The notes beneath the pieces are model-generated. The model searched no databases and was not told the origin of the DNA. It saw only the letters and a list, made by a program, of their open reading frames with translations. Positions 29,710-39,598 of a stretch of 64,000 bases of DNA are shown here, piece by piece. Each line of letters opens with the position of its first letter. Within the stretch, counting starts at the first letter, position 1. The stretch is from contig CAXXLL010000002.1 of assembly GCA_963662545.2 (NCBI GenBank), positions 2,432,001-2,496,000 on the forward strand. The letters run 5' to 3'. A program made the translations under genes and the position numbers. Source of the stretch: Gammaproteobacteria bacterium. Lineage in GTDB: Bacteria > Pseudomonadota > Gammaproteobacteria > Ga0077536.

Positions 29710-32075
29710 CGAAAAATATCTCTGAGGCGGTCAAAGAATCCGCGTCGGATGTTCGTTTCAGGCACAGCATTGGTGCAGGTCGGCGCACGGGGGATCACAC
29801 TCGCTTCGTGCACCGGAATGAGCTCGCCACCTGAACAGTTTGTATCAATTATCGTACCCGCGGCGAAGTTCACCCGCTGCCACTTGATGTCTTTTGGAAG
29901 ATCGAGGTCAAGCGGGCGTAACCCGGCCTCCATCATCGCCGCAGCCCAGATGCGAAGCGCGCCGCTGCTTCCAGTCAGGCCGGTAGGCTGGTTGTCGTCG
30001 CGGCCGACCCATGTGACACCGAGCCGGTTAGCGCCGAAACCGGCGAACCAGCTGTCGCGAAAGTCATTGGAAGTACCCGTTTTACCCGCCAGCGGTTGGA
30101 CATCGTCCAACTGGCGTAAAAGATTACGTCCGGTCCCCTCCGCAATGACGCGCGACAAAGCAAAGCGCACGATTGCGGCGGCTGCGGGCGACATCAACGG
30201 TTTGAGCTCGAGCCCATATCGTTTGAGCTTGCGTTGTGACTGATTGGTAACGGCGCTAATCGCACGTAGTGGAATCCTAAAACCGTCGTTCGCGATGATC
30301 GTATACATTTCGGCGAGTTGGAAGGGAGACATCTCGACGGCACCGAGAAAAATAGAAGGATAGGGCGGCACTTCCTCGCCACCGGCGAGCTGCTCGAGAT
30401 ATCTGGCGACATTTTCAACGCCGAGCTTCATCCCCAGGTCCACTGTCGCGAGATTAAGCGAGCGGATCAATGCATCCAGCATGCTTACCTCGCCATGTTC
30501 GCGACCGTCGAAATTCCTGGGCTGCCATACTTTGCCTTGGGCGTCGCTCCACGTGACTTGAACATCGTTTAGTTTCGTTGCCAGCGAAAAGCGCCGGGGT
30601 TGCGCCAAAGCATAGGCATAAATAAACGGCTTGATCACCGAACCGACGGGCCGGCGTGCGTCCAGCGCACGATTGAAACCGGCGTAAGTCGGGTTGCGAT
30701 CGCCGATCATCGCGAGAATTTCTCCACTGCTTGAATCCGCGACAATTACGGCTACCTGTAATCCTTGCTGGTGCGTCGTACTCTCTATTTTCGTAATAGT
30801 TGCGTGTACACCTCTTTCCGCCGCCTGCTGTATGTCGATATCGATCGTGGTAAACACGTTCAGACCGGCGACTTTCAGATCTTCGGGCCGATAGTCGCGT
30901 AAAAGCTGCCGTTTGACCAGCCCCATAAACGACGGGAAATCGGTATCTCGATCGCGCCTACGGGGCCGTAATTCGAGCGGTCTCCGGCGCAGAGCATCGG
31001 CCGCATGGGAACTCAGCAATCCGTTTTTTTCAAGTATCGATAGCACCCTATTGCGGCGGCGAAGCGAAGCATCAGGCTTACGTCTCGGATCATAGATTGA
31101 CGGACCCTTGATCATGCCAATCAACGTGGCCGACTCAGCCATGTCGAGTTCGGTCAGAGGTTTGGCGAAGTAGAATTGCGCAGCCAATTCGAACCCGTGG
31201 ATCGCTCTGTTGCCATCCTGGCCAAGAAATACCTCGTTGACATAAGTTTCGAGAATCGCCTCTTTGGAGTAACGGCGATCAATGGATATCGCCATCAACA
31301 TTTCGTTGAATTTCCGTGCCAGTGTTCGATCCCGCGTCAAGTACAAATTCTTGATCAGTTGCTGGGTAATCGTACTGCCACCCTGTACGAATCTGAGCGC
31401 TCGCAGGTTTGCCCACATAGCTCGTGCAAATCCAATCGGATCGACGCCGTAATGTGATAAATACCGGCGGTCCTCGACCGCTACCAGGGCGGCCACGAAA
31501 TCCGCGTCGATTTCCTCGAAGCTGAGCAATTTGCGGTCTTCGTAACGCCGTGGGTTGATACGCCCTATTTCGGGGGGCTCAAGGCGCATGAGATCGATAG
31601 CCAGGCTTGTGTTGGCGTCGGTAATAGACCTTATCTCGCCATCGTCGAAAGCAATCAGCGCGCGCCGCTCAGGTTCCGGAAAATCCCAAAATGCGTATCC
31701 CCTGGAACCAAATTCGAGTTTGTCGGAGGAGACGGCGAATTGCCCGCGCGACGGAACTGCCTCTGCTCGCTGATAGCCCAGGCGCTCGAGTTCTCGCTCG
31801 AGCCGCTTTCGTGAAATCGGAGCACCGGGGTAAAGTTCGACCGGGCGTGCGAATACCCGTGCCGGCAGCGCCCACCTTTTGCTCTCGAACGCTTGAGCTA
31901 CGTCCCGATCCAACCACAACCAGTATCCAGCAAAGACGATCGAGACCCACAGCGCGAGATGTCGAACATAGAACAGCACGGCGCGGCGCGGACGCGTCGC
32001 CCGCCGGGTCTTACGGGTACCGGAACTGGATCCCCGGCGTTTACGCCGGCCAAGGTTTTTTTGACCGATAGCCAT
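29706..32075 (-). CDS. mrcB: Penicillin-binding protein 1B
   Basis: UB2H region, EDRRY, GGSTITQQLIKN, SVIK, SLN, KTGT. Confidence 0.95.
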   Translation of the reverse strand: MAIGQKNLGRRKRRGSSSGTRKTRRATRPRRAVLFYVRHLALWVSIVFAGYWLWLDRDVAQAFESKRWALPARVFARPVELYPGAPISRKRLERELERLGYQRAEAVPSRGQFAVSSDKLEFGSRGYAFWDFPEPERRALIAFDDGEIRSITDANTSLAIDLMRLEPPEIGRINPRRYEDRKLLSFEEIDADFVAALVAVEDRRYLSHYGVDPIGFARAMWANLRALRFVQGGSTITQQLIKNLYLTRDRTLARKFNEMLMAISIDRRYSKEAILETYVNEVFLGQDGNRAIHGFELAAQFYFAKPLTELDMAESATLIGMIKGPSIYDPRRKPDASLRRRNRVLSILEKNGLLSSHAADALRRRPLELRPRRRDRDTDFPSFMGLVKRQLLRDYRPEDLKVAGLNVFTTIDIDIQQAAERGVHATITKIESTTHQQGLQVAVIVADSSSGEILAMIGDRNPTYAGFNRALDARRPVGSVIKPFIYAYALAQPRRFSLATKLNDVQVTWSDAQGKVWQPRNFDGREHGEVSMLDALIRSLNLATVDLGMKLGVENVARYLEQLAGGEEVPPYPSIFLGAVEMSPFQLAEMYTIIANDGFRIPLRAISAVTNQSQRKLKRYGLELKPLMSPAAAAIVRFALSRVIAEGTGRNLLRQLDDVQPLAGKTGTSNDFRDSWFAGFGANRLGVTWVGRDDNQPTGLTGSSGALRIWAAAMMEAGLRPLDLDLPKDIKWQRVNFAAGTIIDTNCSGGELIPVHEASVIPRAPTCTNAVPETNIRRGFFDRLRDIFR

Positions 32076-32132
32076 CCTAGCAGCCGGTCGGATTTAGGAG
32101 GATTCTACTGCGGCAAAAACCGACGTTTGGCA

Positions 32133-32173
32133 GCGAGTTGAACAACGATAGGAAATCGTTTTTCAACATCCTG
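32133..32173. repeat. Remnant right end of family B element
   Basis: GCGAGTTGAACAACGATAGGAAATCGTTTTTCAACATCCTG closely matches 29033-29074. Confidence 0.75.
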
Positions 32174-32204
32174 ATAGTTGGGCGACGCAGGAATTGTAAA
32201 CAAT

Positions 32205-32234
32205 AAAAAAGCCCTTCCCTGGGGGGAAGAGCTT
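32205..32234 (-). terminator. Intrinsic terminator of the histone-like gene
   Basis: Minus strand AAGCTCTTCCCCCCAGGGAAGGGCTTTTTT: hairpin plus U-tract. Confidence 0.75.
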
Positions 32235-32308
32235 CAATCATTAAGCAGTTGAACTGCGGGTTGTAGCCGAACCGTTAGGCTCGGTTCGCCGGTGGCGGGA
32301 ATTTCGTC

Positions 32309-32847
32309 TCACGAAAGCTTATGCTTCCGGTCGTACTCCCTTTCCCACCTCCTTGCGAAACTTTCCACGGCCCTTTGCATGGCTGCGCGCTTCCTTTGCT
32401 CGGCTATCCTTTGCTTCGCTGCCTCTCTGCGAGCTGCGAGTCGGGCGCGGACTTCGGCTTTCTTCGCCTGTAGCCCCTCGCGCTCATCAGGTTGGCTGTC
32501 GCGCGCCGCTACTTTTTTTGTGCAGCTTTACGTCTGCGCGGCGCCTTCCGACGAGCCTTTTTCTTGGCTACCTTCTTTTTAGCCCGCCGTTTTTTAGTCG
32601 GCTTCTTTTTGGCAGCTTTGCGTCGAGTGGCCTTCTTTTTGGCCGCCTTCTTCCTAGTTGCCTTTTTCTTGGTCACCTTGCGCCGAGTCGCCTTCTTCTT
32701 GGTACCTTTGCGCCGAGTTGCCTTCTTCTTGGCAACCTTGGCAACCTTCCTCTTAGCTACCTTCCTCTTCGCGGTTTTCTTTCTTCCCGCGGAGGCTTTT
32801 CTCCTCGTCGACTTCTTCTTTGCCGCCTTCTTTCTCGCTTTCGCCAT
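32309..32847 (-). CDS. Lys/Arg/Ala-rich histone-like protein (0-frame stop at 32509; -1 frame open to 32309)
   Basis: ATG 32847 after a G-rich RBS; 112 aa of KKKATRRK repeats; a -1 shift at A_AAA_AAG adds 67 helix-like residues. Confidence 0.8.
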
Positions 32848-33027
32848 AGTTAAGGCCCCCTTTAACGTACGGTTGAAATTAATAACGCAACACCACAGTG
32901 GCTTATATACATCACAACTCAAAAAACTTCAATCAATTCGCAGTAATATTTTGCAGTCAATCCAAATTTGCTGGTGGATTCGCAACACTTCACGCTTGCA
33001 GAGTTCATCGACGGTTTCCTCAATAAC

Positions 33028-33741
<714 letters not shown>

Positions 33742-33854
33742 TCATTCTCAATGATCGTTCGATGGTGTGTCGACACACGGAACATCGAAATGATCCCGTT
33801 CAGTTAAACTCGTGCACAATTACTCGGGGCGAACGACTCCTCGCCCACTAGCCG

Positions 33855-34226
33855 ATGAAATTCAACATAGAAGACAGTCCCGGTTCGTTCCGTATCTCGG
33901 CTTACGCACCGGGATGGATTCGCGTACACAATACAGTCATTGAGTCACCGTGCGTGATCACACCGACCGCCATACTTGAAGACCTGTTGCCAGCGACGCT
34001 TGAAGCCGTAAATGCTTCTCACTTCGATAGCCTTCTCGATCTGGCACCGGAGATTGTCATCATGGGTACTGGCAAGCAACAGGTGTTTATCGACTACAAC
34101 TTCGTCCAAATACTCGCGCGACAAAACGTTGGTCTTGAATTCATGGACACCGGTGCCGCTTGCCGTTCGTTCAATATCCTGCTTTCGGAAGGACGCGCGG
34201 TCATAGCGGCCCTATTCATGATTTAA
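33855..34226 (+). CDS. Mth938-like (DUF498) protein
   Basis: PEIVIMGTG, MDTGAACRSFNILLSEGR. Confidence 0.9.
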   Translation: MKFNIEDSPGSFRISAYAPGWIRVHNTVIESPCVITPTAILEDLLPATLEAVNASHFDSLLDLAPEIVIMGTGKQQVFIDYNFVQILARQNVGLEFMDTGAACRSFNILLSEGRAVIAALFMI

Positions 34227-34388
34227 GGAACCTCTGAATAAGTCATGGTGCGTCTGAATGGTTCATGCAATGGTGCAGATCAAGGCACGAAGCGCAGTCA
34301 ATAGCGGGGACTATGGGCAAGGTTCGTAACGTAAGGCTCCGCCATTTCATGGGCAAGGCAGATGGGCCATGACTTATTCAGAGGTTCC
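34227..34388. mobile_element. MITE family A copy 5 (reverse orientation)
   Basis: Family termini; flanks TTAA/TTGA; the left TAA is the stop of the Mth938 gene. Confidence 0.9.
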
Positions 34389-34419
34389 TTGAATATGGGG
34401 AGCGCAGTTGTTCAGCTTC

Positions 34420-35352
34420 TCATACCTCCGCAAACAGCGCGTCGACGGAGAATCCCTCGCGCTCAAGTATCTGGCGCAGCCGCTTGAGGGCCTCGATTTG
34501 AATCTGCCTGACCCGCTCGCGCGTAACTCCGATCTCGTTGCCAACTTCTTCGAGCGTGCCGATTTCGCGGCCGTAAAGCCCGAACCGACGTTCGACCACC
34601 GCGCGCTGTTTTTCGTTGAGTTGCGCCAACCATATGTCGATATGCCGTTGCACGTCATCGTTTTGCAGGATGGTGGCAGGATCCGGGTTCTGTTCGTCAG
34701 GTATCGTGTCGAGCAGGGAACGGTCCGAATCGCGTTCGGCGGGCACATCTACTGATGCGATCCTCTCATTCAGCCCCAGCATGCGTTTGACGTCCTCGAT
34801 CGGTCGATCGAGCATGTTTGCGACGTCCTCAGGATTCGGTTCTCGATCGAGCTTCTGAGCCAACTGCCGCGCTGCACGCAGGTAGATATTGATCTCCTTG
34901 ATGACGTGTATGGGCAACCGGATAGTTCGGGTCTGATTCATCAGCGCTCGTTCGATCGTTTGCCGGATCCACCAGGTTGCATAGGTCGAGAAACGAAAAC
35001 CGAGCTCGGGATCGAACTTCTCCACCGCACGGATCAGCCCGAGGTTGCCCTCTTCGATGAGATCCAAAAGCGCGAGTCCGCGATTCATGTATCGTCGAGC
35101 GATCTTGACCACCAGGCGAAGATTGCTCTCGATCATGCGCTTGCGCGCCGCCTCGTTGCCCTTCAGGGAGAGCCTCGAATACTTGACTTCTTCAGCCGCA
35201 CTCAGCAGCGGCGAGAACCCAATCTCATTGAGGTAGAGGCGCGTCGCATCCATGTCGCCGTGCGAGACCTCGCCGGCCTTATATTTGTTGGTATCTTTGG
35301 TATCGGTTTCGTCGGCGGTGCTGGCAGGCAAACTCGAATCCGCTTCGTTCAT
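34420..35352 (-). CDS. rpoS: RNA polymerase sigma factor RpoS (core ORF; probable longer N-terminus from ATG 35638 is frameshifted)
   Basis: [51 protein letters not shown]; downstream of nlpD. Confidence 0.95.
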   Translation of the reverse strand: MNEADSSLPASTADETDTKDTNKYKAGEVSHGDMDATRLYLNEIGFSPLLSAAEEVKYSRLSLKGNEAARKRMIESNLRLVVKIARRYMNRGLALLDLIEEGNLGLIRAVEKFDPELGFRFSTYATWWIRQTIERALMNQTRTIRLPIHVIKEINIYLRAARQLAQKLDREPNPEDVANMLDRPIEDVKRMLGLNERIASVDVPAERDSDRSLLDTIPDEQNPDPATILQNDDVQRHIDIWLAQLNEKQRAVVERRFGLYGREIGTLEEVGNEIGVTRERVRQIQIEALKRLRQILEREGFSVDALFAEV

Positions 35353-35403
35353 GTCTTGGAGTTGACTTTCGGACTCGGTGATATTGTCGTCGAGTTCAGC
35401 GTC

Positions 35404-35563
35404 TTTGGCCTTGGCTTTAGCCTTGGTGTTGGCTTTAACCTTAGCTTTAACCTTAGCTTTAACCTTAGCTTTAACCTTAGCTTTAACCTTAGCTTTAACC
35501 TTGGCTTTAACCTTGCTTTAACCTTAGCTTTTTGGCTTTGGCTTTGGCTTTGGCTTTGGCCTT
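35404..35563 (-). repeat. Simple tandem repeats (GCTAAGGTTAAA)n and (GCCAAA)n encoding AKVK/AK
   Basis: Directly visible 12-bp and 6-bp units upstream of the rpoS core. Confidence 0.9.
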
Positions 35564-35653
35564 ACCCGCGCCACCCGCCCGTGCGCGACGCCCGCTATTT
35601 GCGCCCGATCCTTTGTTCTTGATGCGCGGGCCCGCCATTGGTATCTCGGAGTG

Positions 35654-36451
35654 TTATCTTTTCGGCAGAAACTTCAGTGGATCGACCGCCTTGCCGTTTC
35701 TTCGAATTTCAAAATGCAACATCACGTCCTTGGCATCCGTATCGCCCATACGGGCGATCAATTCGCCGGCATTTACGCGTCGCCCTTCTGGAACCAGGCG
35801 CGTATCGTTGTGCGCGTACGCGCTAAGATACGTTTCGTTGTGCTTAATGATAATAAGCTCTCCGTAGCCCCGTAGTCCACTTCCGCTATAGACGACCGTA
35901 CCCGGCGCAGCGGCTATGACAGCCTGACCTATTGCGCCGTGGATTTCGATGCCTTTGGAACCTGATACCGTCGCGGCGGATTTCGTTCTCCCCTGCGTCG
36001 GCCAAACCCACCGAATGGGCAACGATGGGAGCATTTTTTTTGGGCTTTTCGCGTCGACTGCAATTGCTTTAATTGCAGTGGATTTTTTCGACGAGTTCGG
36101 TTTCGATGAAGCGGCGGGGCTGGGCGGCGCCCGCAGACGAAGTTTCTGTCCGACAAAGATCAGATCCGGGTTACTCAATTCATTCCACTTCACGAGATCT
36201 CGGTAATCGATACGGTATCGCCACGCGACAGCGTGCAAGGTGTCGCCTTTCGCTACGATGTATATAGCGGGCCGCAAAGCAGGAAGCTTTGACTTGCGCG
36301 GCCGCGGCGTCGATTTCGTAATGCGCTGCCGGTGCTCGGCCGCCAGCGTCTTCTGATCGATAGGGGCATAGCTCGTGCTTGCGCATCCGGTAGCCAGCGC
36401 AATGACGAGGCTGTAAAGAACTAGAAATGCTCGGCGAGGTCTAAGCCTCAT
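35654..36451 (-). CDS. nlpD: LysM/M23 lipoprotein NlpD
   Basis: Lipobox LATGC, LysM, YGELIIIKH...AYAHN, LHFEIR. Confidence 0.93.
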   Translation of the reverse strand: MRLRPRRAFLVLYSLVIALATGCASTSYAPIDQKTLAAEHRQRITKSTPRPRKSKLPALRPAIYIVAKGDTLHAVAWRYRIDYRDLVKWNELSNPDLIFVGQKLRLRAPPSPAASSKPNSSKKSTAIKAIAVDAKSPKKMLPSLPIRWVWPTQGRTKSAATVSGSKGIEIHGAIGQAVIAAAPGTVVYSGSGLRGYGELIIIKHNETYLSAYAHNDTRLVPEGRRVNAGELIARMGDTDAKDVMLHFEIRRNGKAVDPLKFLPKR

Positions 36452-36457
36452 AAACCG

Positions 36458-37114
36458 CTAACTCACGCCTTCGAGTAGTGGAACGAAGCTTACCCGTTCC
36501 AGTATCTCCTCATCGATACCCCCGTTGTTTTTCGTGTAAAGACGAAGATCCTGAAAACCGGCGCGTCCTATCGGGATGATGAGGCGTCCGCCTGGCGCCA
36601 ACTGATCGAACAACCCTTCGGGCACTCCGACCGGCGCCGCAGCGACCAAAATTCCGTCGAACGGCCCGTTGGCGGGCCATCCCCGGTAGCCATCGCCGTG
36701 GCGAACACGGACGTTCGATATGCGCAGTTCGTGCAGCCGTGTTCTAAGTCGATTGGCCAGGGCTGCAATACGCTCGATCGCGAATACGCGCTCGGCCATA
36801 TGGGCAAGGATTGCGCTTTGATAACCGCAGCCGGCGCCAATTTCAAGTACTTTATCGCGTGTCCCCGTGGCATAGAGTGCTTGGGTCATCGCAGCGACGA
36901 TGTACGGCTGAGAGATCGTTTGTCCGTAGCCTATGGGCAGCGCTGTGTTCTCGTAAGCACGGCTGGCAAGCGCCTCATCGACAAACAGATGCCGAGGTGT
37001 CGTGCGCATGATTTCGAGTACGGCCTCATTGTTGATCCCCATGCTTCTCAACTGTTCGACCAGCCGGTTGCGGGCCCTTTGCGAGGTCATGCCTATCCCG
37101 CGCGGATCAGCCAC
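36458..37114 (-). CDS. pcm: Protein-L-isoaspartate O-methyltransferase
   Basis: GIGMTSQRAR, GYGQTISQPY, VLEIGAGCGYQ, FVPLL. Confidence 0.96.
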   Translation of the reverse strand: MADPRGIGMTSQRARNRLVEQLRSMGINNEAVLEIMRTTPRHLFVDEALASRAYENTALPIGYGQTISQPYIVAAMTQALYATGTRDKVLEIGAGCGYQSAILAHMAERVFAIERIAALANRLRTRLHELRISNVRVRHGDGYRGWPANGPFDGILVAAAPVGVPEGLFDQLAPGGRLIIPIGRAGFQDLRLYTKNNGGIDEEILERVSFVPLLEGVS

Positions 37115-37244
37115 TCGCTTTTACGCCCTCTGGAAGCACGTTACAAATCGTCCACACAGGAGCCCGCGTGCGGGCAAAATGAAATCTGTTCCGTAATGCG
37201 CAACAGATGTTTAGCATCTATCTTGAAATTATACGGGTGCACGT

Positions 37245-38153
37245 TCAAGCGACCTTCAGCAGAAATTCGAGCAACGCTTTTTGAGCGTGAAGCCGGTTGC
37301 CCGCCTCATCCCACACTACGCTGTTTGGGTGGTCGATCACTTCTGCCGTCACTTCCTCGCCTCGGTGGGCGGGTAAACAATGCATGAACAAGACGTCCGG
37401 GGCTGCTAGAGACAGGAGATCGGCGGTAACCTGAAACGGTTGAAATACTTCTTTACGCGCTTCGCGCTCCTCCTCCTGCCCCATGCTGGCCCACACATCG
37501 GTAACTACCAGATGCGCATCCCTCACCGCCTGCTTTGCGTCATGCATGAATTCGACCGGAGCATTTTCGGAGAACGCGTCTCGTCCGCTCGGCGTGAAGC
37601 CCTCCGGTGTCGCCACCCTGAGATCGAAATCCATCAGGTTCGCGGCGTTGATGTAGGAATTGCACATGTTGTTCCCGTCGCCGACCCAGGCGACTTTGCG
37701 GCGCCGAATATCCCCGCGATGTTCATGGAAAGTCATGAGGTCGGCGAGTACTTGGCAGGGATGCAGACTGTTGGTCAGGCCGTTGATAACCGGCACGCTC
37801 GAATGTGCCGCGATACGCTCGACGATTTCATGCTCATAAGTTCGAACCATGATGGCGTCCGACATTTCCGCGAGGACACGAGCAGTGTCCTCTGGCGGTT
37901 CACCCCGGCCGACCTGTGATTCCCTGGTCGAAAGGAAAATTGCCTTACCGCCACCCTCTGCCATCACCGCCTCGAAAGATACGCGGGTACGGGTTGAAGA
38001 TTTTTCGAAGATCATTGCGAGCACCCGGCGTTCGAACAACGGCGGCCGGCGTCCTTCGCGGCGCCAGCGCTTGAGTTCTACCGCTCGTTTGAGCAGATGC
38101 AGGACTTCCTGTCGGTCGAGATCCAATAACGATAGGAAATGACGCACTGACAT
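37245..38153 (-). CDS. argF: Ornithine carbamoyltransferase
   Basis: STRTR, HPCQ, WASMG, HCLP. Confidence 0.96.
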   Translation of the reverse strand: MSVRHFLSLLDLDRQEVLHLLKRAVELKRWRREGRRPPLFERRVLAMIFEKSSTRTRVSFEAVMAEGGGKAIFLSTRESQVGRGEPPEDTARVLAEMSDAIMVRTYEHEIVERIAAHSSVPVINGLTNSLHPCQVLADLMTFHEHRGDIRRRKVAWVGDGNNMCNSYINAANLMDFDLRVATPEGFTPSGRDAFSENAPVEFMHDAKQAVRDAHLVVTDVWASMGQEEEREARKEVFQPFQVTADLLSLAAPDVLFMHCLPAHRGEEVTAEVIDHPNSVVWDEAGNRLHAQKALLEFLLKVA

Positions 38154-38167
38154 CGTGAATCACCAGT

Positions 38168-39358
38168 TTATGATGCTTTTTCGGTAAAGTTACTCACCAG
38201 TCGCACCACCTGCGACACGACTTTGCGCGCTTCTTCGTCGCTCATGATCAAGGGCGGCAGCAGTCGGACCACGCTATCTGCGGTAACGTTCAGTAAGAGA
38301 CCGTCGTCAAGCGCAAGCTTGACAAGGTCTGCGCACGGGCGGTCGAGTTCGATGCCGAGCATAAGGCCGAGACCGCGAATACTCTTGACCGCCGGATTGC
38401 CGTTCAAGGCATCGCCGAATTCGTCCCGCATCATCCGTCCGAGTTCGGCCGCCCGGTCGACCAAGCCATCGCGTTCGATCACCTCGATCACTGCAAGTGC
38501 GGCGCTCGCCGCGAGCGGATTGCCGCCGAAGGTCGATCCGTGCGTGCCGGGCTGTAAAACGTCCGCCGCAGCCCCCGCCGCGATACAGACCCCGATGGGG
38601 ACTCCATTGCCGAGCGCCTTGGCCAAGGTGATCACGTCGGGCGTGACGCCTTCGTGCTGAAAGCCGAACCAAAGGCCGGTGCGCCCCATGCCGGACTGCA
38701 CCTCGTCTATCATCAACAGCAGGCCGCGGTCGTCGCACAGCTTGCGCAATGCCGACAAGTACCGGGCTTTGGGAACGACGATGCCGCCTTCACCCAGAAC
38801 AGGTTCGACGAGTACGGCGACGACGTCAAGCTTACCCGCGGCTTCACCAACGGCATCGATGTCATCGAAGGGAACGTGTACGAACCCGTCTACCAATGGT
38901 TGAAATCCCGCGTGAACTTTTGGGTTGCCGGTAGCGCTCAAAGTCGCCATGGTGCGACCGTGGAAGCTGCCGTCCATCACGATCACCGCCGGCCGGTCGA
39001 TGCCTTTTTCGTGCCCGAACTTACGCGCGATCTTGATCGCAGCTTCATTCGCTTCGGCGCCCGAATTGCAGAAGAATACGCGCTCCATATCCGCTAGCGT
39101 GGTGAGCTTGTGCGCGAGATCTTCCTGCAGCTCGATACGATAAAGGTTGGAAGTGTGCAGCAGTCGTTGTGCCTGTGCCGCAATCGCGGCTGCCACGTCC
39201 GGATGGGCGTGACCCAATCCGCACACCGCAATCCCGCTCAAGGCGTCGAAGTATTCCTTGCCGTCGGTATCCCATAAATACGGCCCGCGACCATGGGTAA
39301 AACTCACGTCGAGCCGTCGGTAGGTTGCCATCAATGCCGAATCCCGAGTTGCAGTCAT
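38168..39358 (-). CDS. argD: Acetylornithine aminotransferase
   Basis: NSGAEANE, FHGRT, DEVQSG, AKALGNG, HGSTFGGNP; upstream of argF. Confidence 0.93.
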   Translation of the reverse strand: MTATRDSALMATYRRLDVSFTHGRGPYLWDTDGKEYFDALSGIAVCGLGHAHPDVAAAIAAQAQRLLHTSNLYRIELQEDLAHKLTTLADMERVFFCNSGAEANEAAIKIARKFGHEKGIDRPAVIVMDGSFHGRTMATLSATGNPKVHAGFQPLVDGFVHVPFDDIDAVGEAAGKLDVVAVLVEPVLGEGGIVVPKARYLSALRKLCDDRGLLLMIDEVQSGMGRTGLWFGFQHEGVTPDVITLAKALGNGVPIGVCIAAGAAADVLQPGTHGSTFGGNPLAASAALAVIEVIERDGLVDRAAELGRMMRDEFGDALNGNPAVKSIRGLGLMLGIELDRPCADLVKLALDDGLLLNVTADSVVRLLPPLIMSDEEARKVVSQVVRLVSNFTEKAS

Positions 39359-39598
39359 AGTGTCGTTTCGATCGTGCGTTTCACAAAAGCGAAGCCCGAC
39401 CGCAGGGTCGGGCTTCAGCCTCTACCGGCAAGGCTAATCTCGTTATCAAGCCCAGGCGAACGGCAGGTCCATCGCGACCGCGCGTTGCATGGGCTAGGCG
39501 TGTTCTGGCTAAGCAACCTCTGAATAAGTCATGGTGCGTCTGAATGGTTCATGCAATGGTGCAGATCAAGTCACGAATCGCAGGCCATAGCGGGTACT

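Noticed and set aside
34906-35867. Plus-strand ORFs with FNLS and ALAL repeats
   Set aside because: Antisense reading of the AKVK repeat and of rpoS/nlpD.
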